A stretch of 63,868 nucleotides of DNA, counting the filler, from Octopus bimaculoides (lineage: Eukaryota): NCBI RefSeq assembly GCF_001194135.2. It is 6 parts of 6 records of this genome, joined end to end, with 100 filler letters (N's around TTAATTAATTAA, not from the genome) between each part and the next. Parts side by side here need not be neighbours in the genome. Positions count along the whole stretch, not along the records: positions 50,445 to 60,250 come from NC_068996.1; positions 60,351 to 62,757 come from NC_069004.1; positions 62,858 to 63,868 come from NW_026350026.1; 3 more parts are not named here. One strand, written 5' to 3'. Numbering within the stretch: position 1 is the stretch's first letter; every line of letters starts with the position of its first letter. Below the pieces are notes generated by a model, which worked only from the letters and a program-made list of their open reading frames with translations, had not been told where the DNA came from and made no database searches. Of the stretch, positions 51,797-63,115 are shown piece by piece. The position numbers were made by a program, and so were the translations under genes.

Positions 51797-52856
51797 GCTG
51801 ATGAAGGGATATTCCAAGTGGCTTTCCGTTTTCCTATGTGTTCGTTCCGTTGTCTGTAGTTTATTGTTCTAACGTCCTGTACCCTGATATGCATGTATAT
51901 ACACATGTAGATGTAAGTATGTACATATATGTGTGTATACATGTATATATATTCTTTGTATTATTACATTATTGAATGCACACGTCCTTTTTTGCAAGTA
52001 AGTCTACTATTATTCTGACGTGACTATCTTTCTATCTATCTATCTATCTATCTATCTGTCTATCTNNNNNNNNNNNNNNNNNNNNNNNNNNNNNNNNNNN
52101 NNNNNNNNNNNNNNNNNNNNNNNNNNNNNNNNNNNNNNNNNNNNNNNNNNNNNNNNNNNNNNNNNNNNNNNNNNNNNNNNNNNNNNNNNNNNNNNNNNNN
52201 NNNNNNNNNNNNNNNNNNNNNNNNNNNNNNNNNNNNNNNNNNNNNNNNNNNNNNNNNNNNNNNNNNNNNNNNNNNNNNNNNNNNNNNNNNNNNNNNNNNN
52301 NNNNNNNNNNNNNNNNNNNNNNNNNNNNNNNNNNNNNNNNNNNNNNNNNNNNNNNNNNNNNNNNNNNNNNNNNNNNNNNNNNNNNNNNNNNNNNNNNNNN
52401 NNNNNNNNNNNNNNNNNNNNNNNNNNNNNNNNNNNNNNNNNNNNNNNNNNNNNNNNNNNNNNNNNNNNNNNNNNNNNNNNNNNNNNNNNNNNNNNNNNNN
52501 NNNNNNNNNNNNNNNNNNNNNNNNNNNNNNNNNNNNNNNNNNNNNNNNNNNNNNNNNNNNNNNNNNNNNNNNNNNNNNNNNNNNNNNNNNNNNNNNNNNN
52601 NNNNNNNNNNNNNNNNNNNNNNNNNNNNNNNNNNNNNNNNNNNNNNNNNNNNNNNNNNNNNNNNNNNNNNNNNNNNNNNNNNNNNNNNNNNNNNNNNNNN
52701 NNNNNNNNNNNNNNNNNNNNNNNNNNNNNNNNNNNNNNNNNNNNNNNNNNNNNNNNNNNNNNNNNNNNNNNNNNNNNNNNNNNNNNNNNNNNNNNNNNNN
52801 NNNNNNNNNNNNNNNNNNNNNNNNNNNNNNNNNNNNNNNNNNNNNNNNNNNNNNNN

Positions 52857-52898
<42 letters not shown>

Positions 52899-52909
52899 TG
52901 TGTGTGTGT

Positions 52910-53225
52910 GTGAAGGTATATGGTTTAGATATTAGGGTATTTGGCTCACGATTATAAGGTCATGTGTTTGATTCCCAGCCGTACACTGTGTCCTTGAGCA
53001 AGATGTTTTATTTCACATTGCTCCAGTCCACTTCGCTGGCAAAAATGAGCTGTATCTGTAATTCAAAGGGCCAGCCATGTTACATTCTGTATCATGTTGA
53101 ATCTCCCTGAGAACTAACTACACTAAGGTTACATGTGTCTGTGGAGTGCTCAGCCACTTGAATGTTAATTTCAAGAGCAGGCTGTTATGTTGATTGGATC
53201 AACTAGAACCTTCATCATCATAATT
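52910..53225 (+). mobile_element. tRNA-derived SINE (family of 42482)
   Basis: TGAAGGTATATGGTTTAG...TTTGATTCCCAG...CTTGAGCAAGATGTTTTATTTCACATTGCTCCAGTCCAC; ends in (CAT)n. Confidence 0.7.
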
Positions 53226-53231
53226 GATGGA

Positions 53232-53266
<35 letters not shown>

Positions 53267-54235
53267 CGCGCGTGCGTGCGTGTGTGTGTGTGTGTGTGTA
53301 AAATGACTCTCCACTTGTGACTGAGGAAGGCCGTCACTAACCACTAAGAACATTGTGCACTCAGATGAATTTATATTTTAGACTTGTGTCTCTGCTGATG
53401 ACTAATTTCCAGCCCTTGATAAACATACATGTCCACATATATTGCAGACCAAAGTTTCCCTGCTTCTCCTGTTCACTATACTTAGTTCTGGATTTGACCG
53501 TTCCGTGTGGCACCTCGGGCAAGTGTCTTCTACCTTAGCCCCGGGCTAAGTTGGTGTTTTCTTTTGTTGTTGAAATCGCATGAATATTGTAAATGAGTGT
53601 CACTGTCATACAAGCGGGGTCCTTCATTTCCAGCTTTCTATGAAAACATGTCCAGCCATGGGGAAAATATTACTTTACTACCTTTCTTGGAAATGTGTGA
53701 GAGTTGGTGACAAAAAGGGCTTCCGGCCATAGGAAATCTGCTTCAGCAAATTCTGCCCAACCTGCAAGTATAGAAGAGTGGATGTTGAATGTTGACAATG
53801 AAATGTACTAGATATTTTTATATTATTGACCCTGGAGGGACAAAAAGCAAAGCTGACCTTGTTTGGATTTGAACCCAGAATGTAAAGCACTCTAACTAAA
53901 TGCCACTGGCATTTCGTTTGTTGCTGAACTGATTCTGGGTAATATTTGACTTCATTCAAATTTTCTTTTCAAGGAATGATCTAGGATAGAGTAGAATTAA
54001 TGTTTATATATCTTTTAGACCAAAACCAATAAGATGAAAGAGAATCAAAAGGTGATAATTCTCTTGATCAAACCAATTATTTCTTTTTGATTCTCTTTCA
54101 TGTAGATTACAGCAGTGTGCATGTGTGCACAGATCAATCTTTAGTTTTAAGATATATAAATATGTATTCTTTGATATTTTTTCTCTCCATAAAACAGATA
54201 ATTCACATTATATGTATCTCTGTGTGTGTGTGTGT

Positions 54236-54645
54236 GTGTATGGTGCAATCATACTGTGTGGTGAAGAAGTTTGCTTTTTTAATCTCACAGTTCTCAGTTC
54301 AATCCTAAGGTGCAGCATTTTTGATAGGTGTCCTTTTTTTTCTGCAGTCTTTTTCAAACAAATATTGTGTGGAATTTGATAGGCAAAATCTGTGCAAAAA
54401 CAAAAACCCTTTGTGTGTGTATGTGTGTGTGTTTGTGTGTGTAGATAAATTGTAAACAAATTTACATGTATACATTACACTACACTGTAAAGTGGTTGGT
54501 GCTAGGAAGGAGATCCAGCCATAGAAACGAAGCCAAATCAAACTGGAACCTAATACAGCTCTCCAGCTTGCAAGCTTCAGTCAAATTGTCCAACCCATAC
54601 CAGCATGGAAAATGGACGTTAAAGGATGATGATGATGATGATGAT
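54236..54645 (+). mobile_element. Diverged SINE with (GAT)n tail
   Basis: Head related to the 19058 family; 3' end CCAGCATGGAAAATGGACGTTAAAGGATGATGATGAT. A related tail occurs at about 53580-53820 and, on the minus strand, at about 57540-57725. Confidence 0.6.
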
Positions 54646-56373
54646 AAGGAGTACATGACCTCAGTGGCCAGGACACTATAATTGGTTCCATCACGGCAAG
54701 TGTTAGGTATACGTCATTGAACTCATGGGTCCATATGATGGCAATAAATCATATGCCACTTCTTTAATTGCAGATATTTCCTAAAAACTTTGTATCTGTC
54801 TGTTTGTCAGAATAGTGTGTTGGTTGTTACTAAGTTTTATTAGGAACAAAAACCCCATTTCAGTTAGTCCTTCCCATACTTTCCTTTACACTTATGCCCT
54901 TCTGGAAGTGTGAATCTTTGTCAACTCTGATATTGCTGTCACCTAGCAAGATAGTTTTGTCTTGTTTTGGAATTCTGCCTTTCAAAACACACAACTGAAA
55001 AAATTAGTTCTCCATCTGATCAGGGTATCCAGTATACTGAGCTTCAATAAACATCTCAAACTTACTGATCCAGTTCAGTATCAGCTAATTAACAGATGCA
55101 AAACCTTATCTAAATTCTGAGAGCAAAATCCATTCAGACTTGGTTGTTAGATTTTGGAAAGGTGTGGACAATGAAGTGGATCTCAGAAATTGTTGTGTGT
55201 CTTATGGTAAAATCTATCGAATTGATTGAATTGGGAAATTCAACAGTAATTTTACATTAGTAACAGAAAGTTTAAAAAGATGGGGAGAAAATGTCCCCTC
55301 TTTACATAATTATTACTCTACAGTTAAGATATCTGCAGATCTGTTGAATGTCTTGCTATGTGTTGCATTATATTTCCCTCCACAAAAGCAGGGTAAGCCT
55401 GCTTTTTGTGGAAGAAGTATAAATGGTCGATAAGTTAAAAATAAAAAATGGTGAATCTGCTTATGTTTATAATTAAAAAAAACCCAAAAAACAAATAAAC
55501 CTTTGGAATGTTTAAAGAAAGGTGGTGGCAATTTGTTTCTCTCAAAACTACGATCAGTCACACATTATTTCAGTTTAGAGGGTGGAAAATCCCCTAGGAC
55601 CGAAAAAATGTTAAGTGGATACCAGCATTTTTGAAAAGGGGATGATTATGCATGTGAAAAATATCAAAGGGATTAGTTTGTTGCTAACTATTGGGGAAGT
55701 TTCTATGTAAGATATTTCCAAATGTGCTTGCAACCAAGATGTGAAAATATAGTCTCTGTGGAGGAATAGGTGGGCTTCCAACTAAATCACAGTTACAGCA
55801 ACGACATGTTTATATTTTGACAAATTATGGAAAAATGAATTCAGTTTAGTGCATTGTTAATCAGAGAGAGAGAGAAAGAAAGAAAGAGAGCTGGTGGTTG
55901 TGGTGAAAGGGACAATAACAACGACATTTATTCAATCTAGAGGAATATTTGTCCCGATATTTAAGTAATAACATACTTAAGTTTAACATTGGAATGGTTT
56001 AGTTTCAGTATGGTCACTATCATTGGTTTGTTCTGGTATTATATTTTTTATTTTACTTAAGAATGTAGCATGGATTGGAGTAGGCCAAAGTAAAATTTAG
56101 CCCGTGTGACAGTCAATATACATTTGTAAAATTAAATCATTAATGAAATTTAGGTTACATCATTTATTTATGTCTCTTTGTGTTCTGTACTTCACTCCCA
56201 TTGGTGAGAAGTACGGAGGTCAATCCTTCATATTTCAACCTTCCAGGATCACTTTAACCAACCATATTTCTCTACAAACTTTATGCTTTAATTGCAAAAC
56301 ATATTTTATAACTTAGGTATAAGGTTATGTACACATGCATGCTCATATACACACATGCATGCATATATATATA

Positions 56374-56421
<48 letters not shown>

Positions 56422-56641
56422 TACTTGTATTTATAATATGTATATGGATATATGTATCTACTTGTATATGTATTTATGTGTTTGTGCACACACATGTATG
56501 TATATACATATATACATAGTCTTAACAGATGTAATGTGTGTTAATATCTGTAAGGACTGATATTGTTGGTTAAAAATCTATAGATGTTTTTTATTAGTAG
56601 TAATTTATTAATTAATAATCAAACCAGCTGGCAAGAGTACA

Positions 56642-56690
<49 letters not shown>

Positions 56691-56839
56691 NNNNNNNNNN
56701 ACACTAATATTTCCCTTTGACCAGACATAATTTCACTGAGAGATTGGAAAAGAAGGACATCACTTGCATGATGGTGGCATTTATTTACAACTAGCTCATA
56801 ATGTCAAGGCAAGGAGAGAGTAAAACACATGTGCGCATG

Positions 56840-56871
<32 letters not shown>

Positions 56872-57134
56872 GAGCTTCTTTCAGCTTCCATCTACTAAAT
56901 CCACTCACAAGGTTTATATATATATATATATATATATAGGAGAGTATTGTAGTTCGCTTAAAGCATTGTGTATTGTTTGTAAAGAATGGTATTATATTTT
57001 TGTATTATAGTGCATTGTTGTACCATTCAAAACTTTTTATTCTTTATATGTATATATACACACAGTCATTGAACTACAGCCATGCTGGGGCATCCCTTGT
57101 GAGATTTAGTTGAACAAATTGACTCCAGTACTTA

Positions 57135-57364
57135 TACAATAATCCCTCACCACATCATGGTTCACCTTTTGCAGTTTATTATTTAAACTTACGTCAATTC
57201 CTCCATGGTCTTGTTTTGCATTTATAATAAAATAAATATATACAAATTATAAAAATAGTTTAAAAAAAAGATACAGTACTGTACTGTTTCTACTTAGCAG
57301 ATTTTCACCTATTGCAGTGGGTTTTGGAATGTAATACCCATATGATAGTTGAGGGATTACTTTA
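57135..57364. mobile_element. pogo/Tigger-like MITE
   Basis: TA|CAATAATCCCTCA...TGAGGGATTACTT|TA; degenerate CAGTAATCCCTCG-type TIRs with TA flanks. Confidence 0.55.
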
Positions 57365-57468
57365 TATTTTCATGTCTGATGCTTATACTGTTCTGCTGTG
57401 TTTGATGAGGCCATAAACTGTCACCTACTCTCGAGCAGTGGTGGAAGGCGAACACAAAGATTAATGTG

Positions 57469-57508
<40 letters not shown>

Positions 57509-57784
57509 ACTATTATTTATTATTTCAATGTCTAGTTTTCATGCTTGCATGGTTTGGATGGAATTTGTCGAGGTGGATATTTATATGGTCATATGTCCTT
57601 CCTGCTGCCAGCTTGCACCTGTTTCCAAGTAAGGTAATATTTACCTTTGCCAGACATGACATCATGGAAGATTGAAAACAAATGGCACAGCTTGCATGAT
57701 AGTGACACTTGTTAACAACTATCATTCAAAACCAAAACAAGGAAATAATAATGCACACACACACACTCTTATATGAAGGACATT

Positions 57785-57939
57785 TTTTTATGTTCCTGTC
57801 TACCAGATTCATCCATAAGACTTTGGTGAGCTTAGGTCTATACTAGAAGATACATGCCCAAGGTGTTGCAGAGTGGGGCTGAACCAAAAACCATGTGGCT
57901 GGGAAGCCAACCTCTTGTCAAACAGCCATGCCTTGTGCC
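57785..57939 (-). mobile_element. Diverged SINE 5' half (family of 19058)
   Basis: Reverse complement AGGCACAAGGCATGGCTGT...GGTTCAGCCCCACTCTGCAACACCTTGGGCATGTATCTTCTAGTATAG. Confidence 0.65.
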
Positions 57940-57985
57940 TGTTATATATATATATATATATTAAAGTTAGATAAAGCTGGTTTAT

Positions 57986-58045
57986 GGGATTACCTAAGTT
58001 TCATATCCATAAAAGACTTTGCTTTATGGTGTATCAGCAGATCCC
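57986..58045 (-). ncRNA. Hammerhead ribozyme motif in the inverted pLTR (family B), A6 mutated
   Basis: Minus strand: GGGAT-CTGCTGA-tacaCCATAAAG...TTTTATGGatat-GAAAC-TTAG-GTA-ATCCC, with a perfect 5-bp stem I. Confidence 0.65.
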
Positions 58046-58129
58046 AAAACCTGTTGGCTTAAGGCTTCTCTAGTGAGTGACCTCTCTAGAATATGGAGGA
58101 GGAAAGGGCCCTGTTACACTCTGGCCATC

Positions 58130-59657
58130 TTTAGATGAGCAAATGAGCACACACTAGACAGGCTTAGGAAAGATCTAATTAGCACACTCGTCTCCATAGG
58201 ATCGAAAATCCCCATTCAGATCCAATCTCATCACTGCAGACTTCATAGGTATCATGCTTGACTTGGGCTTCGGTACATGCAGGCCCTGCTACAAGCCAAA
58301 TGAGAGGCTAACATACTTCAATACAACCTCCTGTCACTCACCCATCATGTTCAAAAACCTGGTGAAGGGTGTTAGCAAGAGGACATGAATCTTTCCTCTA
58401 ACCAAGAGATTTTTGATGCAGCAGCCCCCTACTATAACGAGGCCCTAGCTGCTAGTGGATTTAGGGACTACATATTCCTACATGCTGGACCCCAATACCC
58501 ATAGAAGGAAGCATCACAGAAATATTATTTGGTTTGCGCCCTACTTCTCCCTTAACATAAAAACGTCTGTAGGTAGGATATTCCTTAAGTTAATAGATAA
58601 ACATTTCACAAGGTCACATAGATATGGATGCATTTTCAACAGGCACAACCTTAGGTTCTCTTTTAACTGTGCTCCTAATATTAAGAGCATTCTAGTTAGG
58701 CAGGATGCTCATGTAGGGACCACAACAGAGGCCCAATGAAGGCGACTGCGAAACCAAGGGAGTTGTCTATGAAACTGAGGTACTGCCGACCCTAACAGCA
58801 ACAGCAACAGCTCTCCTAACAGCTACCACAGTAGCAGGGATGTCAGTACCAATAATAGCAGCAGCAGAAGCATGAACGGAACCAACAGCACCATCGCCAG
58901 CGATAACAACAACAACAATAACATCAACGACAGCAGCTTCCCTAACGGCCACAATTGCAGGCTTGACAGTTCCAGTAGCAGCAGTGGCAGTACCACCACC
59001 AGTGATAATAACAATATCAGCACCGACAGCATCCCTAATGGAAATAGCAGCAGAGCCATTGCCAATGACATCTATGACAGCAATGACAGTGCTTCCATCA
59101 ATGACGATGGCCTTAGTAACAACAAGAAAACCTTTGCCAACATCATCACCACCTCCAACGATGCCAATAACGCAAGTTCCAGCAACAGTGGTAGCAGCAA
59201 CGTCAACACCAACAGACAGTACCACCAACACCCGCCATGGAGATACATCAGCTGTTCCAGAAACTCATTTAAATAACGCTTCTCCAACCACAGATCTTCC
59301 TTCAGGATACTGGAAAGGAGGTGTATCACGTCATTATCCAGCCATGTATGGCAGCTGATAGATGACAGGATTCCACACACAATATCATGGAGAATCCTAG
59401 AAAATCTAGGCCCCTACATAAATGAGACCAAGCGCTGTAAATTATGCAGAGCGGAGCGGGCGAGGATCTTAAAGGACTCCCTCGATCCAGAGAACATCCT
59501 TAACTCCAGAACGGAGGTCTTCGAGCCGTGCTTACATTTCAGGAAACTCCTGCTGGCCTATTGGAACCCACAGGATGGCCGGCGATCGATGACCAATGGG
59601 AGACAATCCTCTTTGTTGAGATTGAGTAGCAGGGTCCTTTCTTTCTACATATTCTAG
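58130..59657 (+). pseudogene. PLE ORF remnant: RT C-terminus/thumb, low-complexity insert, GIY-YIG endonuclease
   Basis: Several frameshifts and stops. The endonuclease frame runs from 58791 through RYIS, has a TAA at 59274-76, and continues RFSNH...CKLC...LNSRTE to a TAG near 59657. Confidence 0.85.
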
Positions 59658-59681
59658 AGAGGCCTTAAACCAACAGATTTT

Positions 59682-59742
59682 GAGATCTAATGATACACCA
59701 TAAAGCTAAGCCCTTTATGGATGTGAAACCTAAGGTAATCCC
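59682..59742 (+). ncRNA. Hammerhead ribozyme motif in the 3' pLTR (family B), G5 mutated
   Basis: GAGAT-CTAATGA-tacaCCATAAAG...CTTTATGGatgt-GAAAC-CTAAG-GTA-ATCCC. Together with 57986-58045 it reconstructs CUGAUGA. Confidence 0.65.
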
Positions 59743-60349
59743 ATAAACTGGCATTATCTTTAATATATACTGCTCTATAACTTAGAGTGTACTTCCTTTT
59801 TCAGATTTATGTTTTTACAGACGATATATATATATATGTATGTATGCGTGTGTGTATTATATATATATATATATAACAATATATTATAAATTAACTACCA
59901 ACAAAAATAATTGGTAAGCTAACTTAAAAAATCATCACCTAAATAGCAGAAAAAAACGACAGTGAAGATATGCAGACTCTTCAAGAATCGATCCTTTTGG
60001 TTATATTAATAATAATAAAGGAGTTACGACGCAAAAACGTATAAATTCAAAAGAACATATTTATCTTCTTCAATATATATTTCAGTATAAAGAATTCATT
60101 AAGATGCTTAAATCAAAATTTCTTTACACATCATTCAGGAACAGATATAACATCAGAAAAAATACATCCCGTTTAAAAATACAAACCGTTCATGGCGAAA
60201 AAATTGTGAAATTTTTTCGCCATGAACGGTTTGTATTTTTAAACGGGATGNNNNNNNNNNNNNNNNNNNNNNNNNNNNNNNNNNNNNNNNNNNNTTAATT
60301 AATTAANNNNNNNNNNNNNNNNNNNNNNNNNNNNNNNNNNNNNNNNNNN

Positions 60350-60612
60350 NCTGTCATTACAGTATCGAAATGTGATTGTTTCAGTTAGTAGAATAGTTTC
60401 ATTTTTAAAGTGAAAGTATTTGACATGAGTGTTTTTGTTTCACTTTTGACACGTAATACTTAAATAGTGGAGGAGATATTATGTTGCGGTGGGCTCGAAC
60501 TCTGCAAGAAGTTAAAACTTTTTTTGACTAAAACACAACTGGAACCCTAAGTAAGGCATGTGTAAAATTTGAATGAAATTGGTTGCGTAGTTCTCGAGTT
60601 TTAGGGATTCAC

Positions 60613-60651
<39 letters not shown>

Positions 60652-60680
60652 CACATTCTCATATATATATATATATATAT
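60350..60680 (+). mobile_element. Helitron/Helentron-like non-autonomous element 3' part
   Basis: ...AAATTTGAATGAAATTGGTTGCGTAGTTCTCGAGTTTTAGGGATTCAC-(ACAG)n-ACATTCTC-(AT)n, a 3' layout typical of such elements; assigned by resemblance. Confidence 0.45.
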
Positions 60681-61206
60681 ATATAACTCGAAGAGGTCCA
60701 GAAAAGACACAAACATTTCAGCCTACAAAGAGAAATTTATTACTTGGAATCTAAATATCATGATTCTTAATTACATACACTTTGTAAACGTATAGCTTCA
60801 GGTTCAGTCCCGCGGCGTTGCAAATGTCTTCTACAACCAACCGGGTCGACCAATGCCTTTTGATTGAATTTGATAGCTGGAAACCGTGGAAGTTCGTTAT
60901 ATGTGTGTTTGTGTATGCGTATGTCTATATACGTAGATACATATAGACATATAAATGGCAAATGAAAGAAGACGGAAGATGGAATATTCGAGAATTTATT
61001 ATTAATCACGAAATTGTTTCGACACATCTAACATCGATTCTTCTAGGGTGGCACACTCAACTGGTTGAAGAGCATCCTGTGGTGCAGATGTATCTCATTG
61101 GAAGATAAATAAATACAACACATTAAAATAACTACTCTGCAATGTAACTTCCCGTTTTGTAATAAGAAAAGCAGCCAGACGGAGGAAATATATATATATA
61201 TATATA

Positions 61207-62027
61207 TGACCCGTCTTTTTTTGCTTGTCCTAATTGTTGTTTCTGTTGTCCGCCTTTGTGCCGTCTATCTGTCCGAACGTTTAAATGCCCTCTATTGCGT
61301 TTTTGTTCCATTTATATATATATATATATATATACATACATATATAGCGGCGTACGTACACCCGTGTGCTCACCTTATAGTAGGTATGTATCTAAATATT
61401 GTACGACTCTTACTTTATCTTTTATTTCCCACTTGTTTATCTCTCCTGTACCTTTCCTTTTGTCTGATATTTTTCTAATCCTCCAATCCCGCTATCCACT
61501 GCCCATCTCTTCTTCTTCTTCCACATGACCGGTGTCCGGCCAGCCATGATCTTTCTTTTTGGCCTGACTGCCGCCCGTCAACACCTCTTGTGTCCATTTT
61601 CCATGTTCCTGCCTTTAAGCTTTTACTTCATACACCAAACTCAATTTGAATCATTCTCAGTCGAAAGGCGCTTGTTGTTATTTCTTGTTGTTTGTATTCG
61701 TAATTGTGTACCATGTTCTCCGTTTTTTTTTTGTTTCTTTGTTCTTATTTTTTTCATCTTTGTTGTCGTACACATTCACCAGCTTTCTTAGAAAGGGGTC
61801 TAAATATCTTAGCTTAGACTTTTTTGGGGACAACCCGATCGAACCATCTCAAGTGTAACTGTCCGAAATGGTCGCGACTTCTGCTGCTTGACTGATGAAA
61901 GAAAGCCAAGAATGCCCCGTCTTTTTTTGCCTGTCCTAATTCTTGTTTATGTTGTCCGCCTTTGTGTCGTATATCTGACCGAATGTATTAATGCCTTCAA
62001 TTGCATTTTTGTTCCATTTATATATAT
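61207..62027 (+). repeat. Two direct copies of an approximately 115-bp unit (61207-61320 and about 61913-62027)
   Basis: CCCGTCTTTTTTTGCYTGTCCTAATT...GTCCGCCTTTGTG...TTTTTGTTCCATTTATATATA is present twice with moderate divergence. Confidence 0.8.
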
Positions 62028-62624
62028 NNNNNNNNNNNNNNNNNNNNNNNNNNNNNNNNNNNNNNNNNNNNNNNNNNNNNNNNNNNNNNNNNNNNNNNNN
62101 NNNNNNNNNNNNNNNNNNNNNNNNNNNNNNNNNNNNNNNNNNNNNNNNNNNNNNNNNNNNNNNNNNNNNNNNNNNNNNNNNNNNNNNNNNNNNNNNNNNN
62201 NNNNNNNNNNNNNNNNNNNNNNNNNNNNNNNNNNNNNNNNNNNNNNNNNNNNNNNNNNNNNNNNNNNNNNNNNNNNNNNNNNNNNNNNNNNNNNNNNNNN
62301 NNNNNNNNNNNNNNNNNNNNNNNNNNNNNNNNNNNNNNNNNNNNNATATACAAATTAAAAGGGTAAAGGATTATCAATTTATTAATTAATAAATCAATTA
62401 ACAATTAATAATTTTTACCAAGCCCATCGGTATGAAAGCACCATTACTGGTGGAGAACTTATTTAAAAGCTCATATATATTTATATACACCCACACACAC
62501 ATACACCTCTTGTACCCGAATTATATGTTCTCATGTGTACATATAATCATAGGTGTATATATATATGATAAATCGCTAACCACGAAACCTTTATCTATTT
62601 TCTCTCCCTGTTTATTTCTGTGTT

Positions 62625-62661
62625 CTTTTCTGTCGGAGAGCGTAGGCTCGAAACGTAAAAG
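62625..62661 (+). ncRNA. Variant-core minimal hammerhead-like motif (family D)
   Basis: CTTTT-CTGTCGG-A-GAGC gtag GCTC-GAAAC-GTA-AAAG. Stems and the ACGT palindrome are intact; two core positions deviate from CUGANGA. Confidence 0.4.
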
Positions 62662-63115
62662 ACTTTCTCACTTCCCGAGCGTTAAACTAAAACATCTGTT
62701 TGTTGTTTACACACCCGTCTTCGTCTTTTGTTTTTTGTAAATTCTCACTATATATACNNNNNNNNNNNNNNNNNNNNNNNNNNNNNNNNNNNNNNNNNNN
62801 NTTAATTAATTAANNNNNNNNNNNNNNNNNNNNNNNNNNNNNNNNNNNNNNNNNNNNGTATAAAAGATCACGGGTAAGGCCAAAATAATGCGAAGTAAAT
62901 GCAAAGTAAATCACAAGAAAACAAATATGTCAATTAATGTAGACTTACCTTGTATTCAATATTTCGGAGTTATGACCCCATTTTCAAGAAATTGATGAAT
63001 GTTGCCGTTGTACGTGTGGGTGACTTCACATATTTGTTTTCGTGTGCTTTACCTTGCATTTACTTTGCGTTGTTTTGGCCTTACCCACAATCTTTTATAC
63101 AATATATATGCCCCT

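Larger units (their letters stand above)
57961..59765 (+). mobile_element. 5'-truncated Penelope-like element with inverted upstream terminal repeat (pLTR)
   Basis: 57961-58110 is an inverted copy of 59625-59765. Between them lie the RT end and thumb (LDRLRKDLI, DFIGIMLDL, YKPN, RNIIWFAPYFSLNIKTSVGRIFLKLIDKHF...IFNRHNLRFSFNCAPNIKSIL) and GIY-YIG (GDCETKGVVYETEV ... RYISCSRNSFK*RFSNHRSSF ... SWRIL ... KRCKLCRAE ... LNSRTE). Confidence 0.9.
4686..62858. other. Numerous assembly gaps (N runs), mostly adjoining (AT)n/(GT)n/(CT)n/(GATA)n microsatellites
   Basis: N runs from 10 to about 970 nt are seen throughout, and five contain an artificial TTAATTAATTAA spacer. Exons of the host gene could be hidden in them. 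Confidence 0.95.

Noticed and set aside
58767-59380. Overlapping ORFs in other frames and on the minus strand (V/A-rich, L-rich, T/P-rich)
   Set aside because: By-products of the stop-poor trinucleotide insert. Only the N/S-rich frame connects to conserved endonuclease motifs.
6307-61898. Isolated CTGATGA words at 6307, 51798 and 61892
   Set aside because: No properly placed stem II + GAAA + stem I could be built around them.
24405-62813. Identical TTAATTAATTAA 12-mers isolated inside N runs (24405, 28092, 50389, 60295, 62802)
   Set aside because: Each is centred between roughly 45-nt N blocks and has stops in all six frames. This is a scaffolding spacer, not biology and not a CRISPR-like array.
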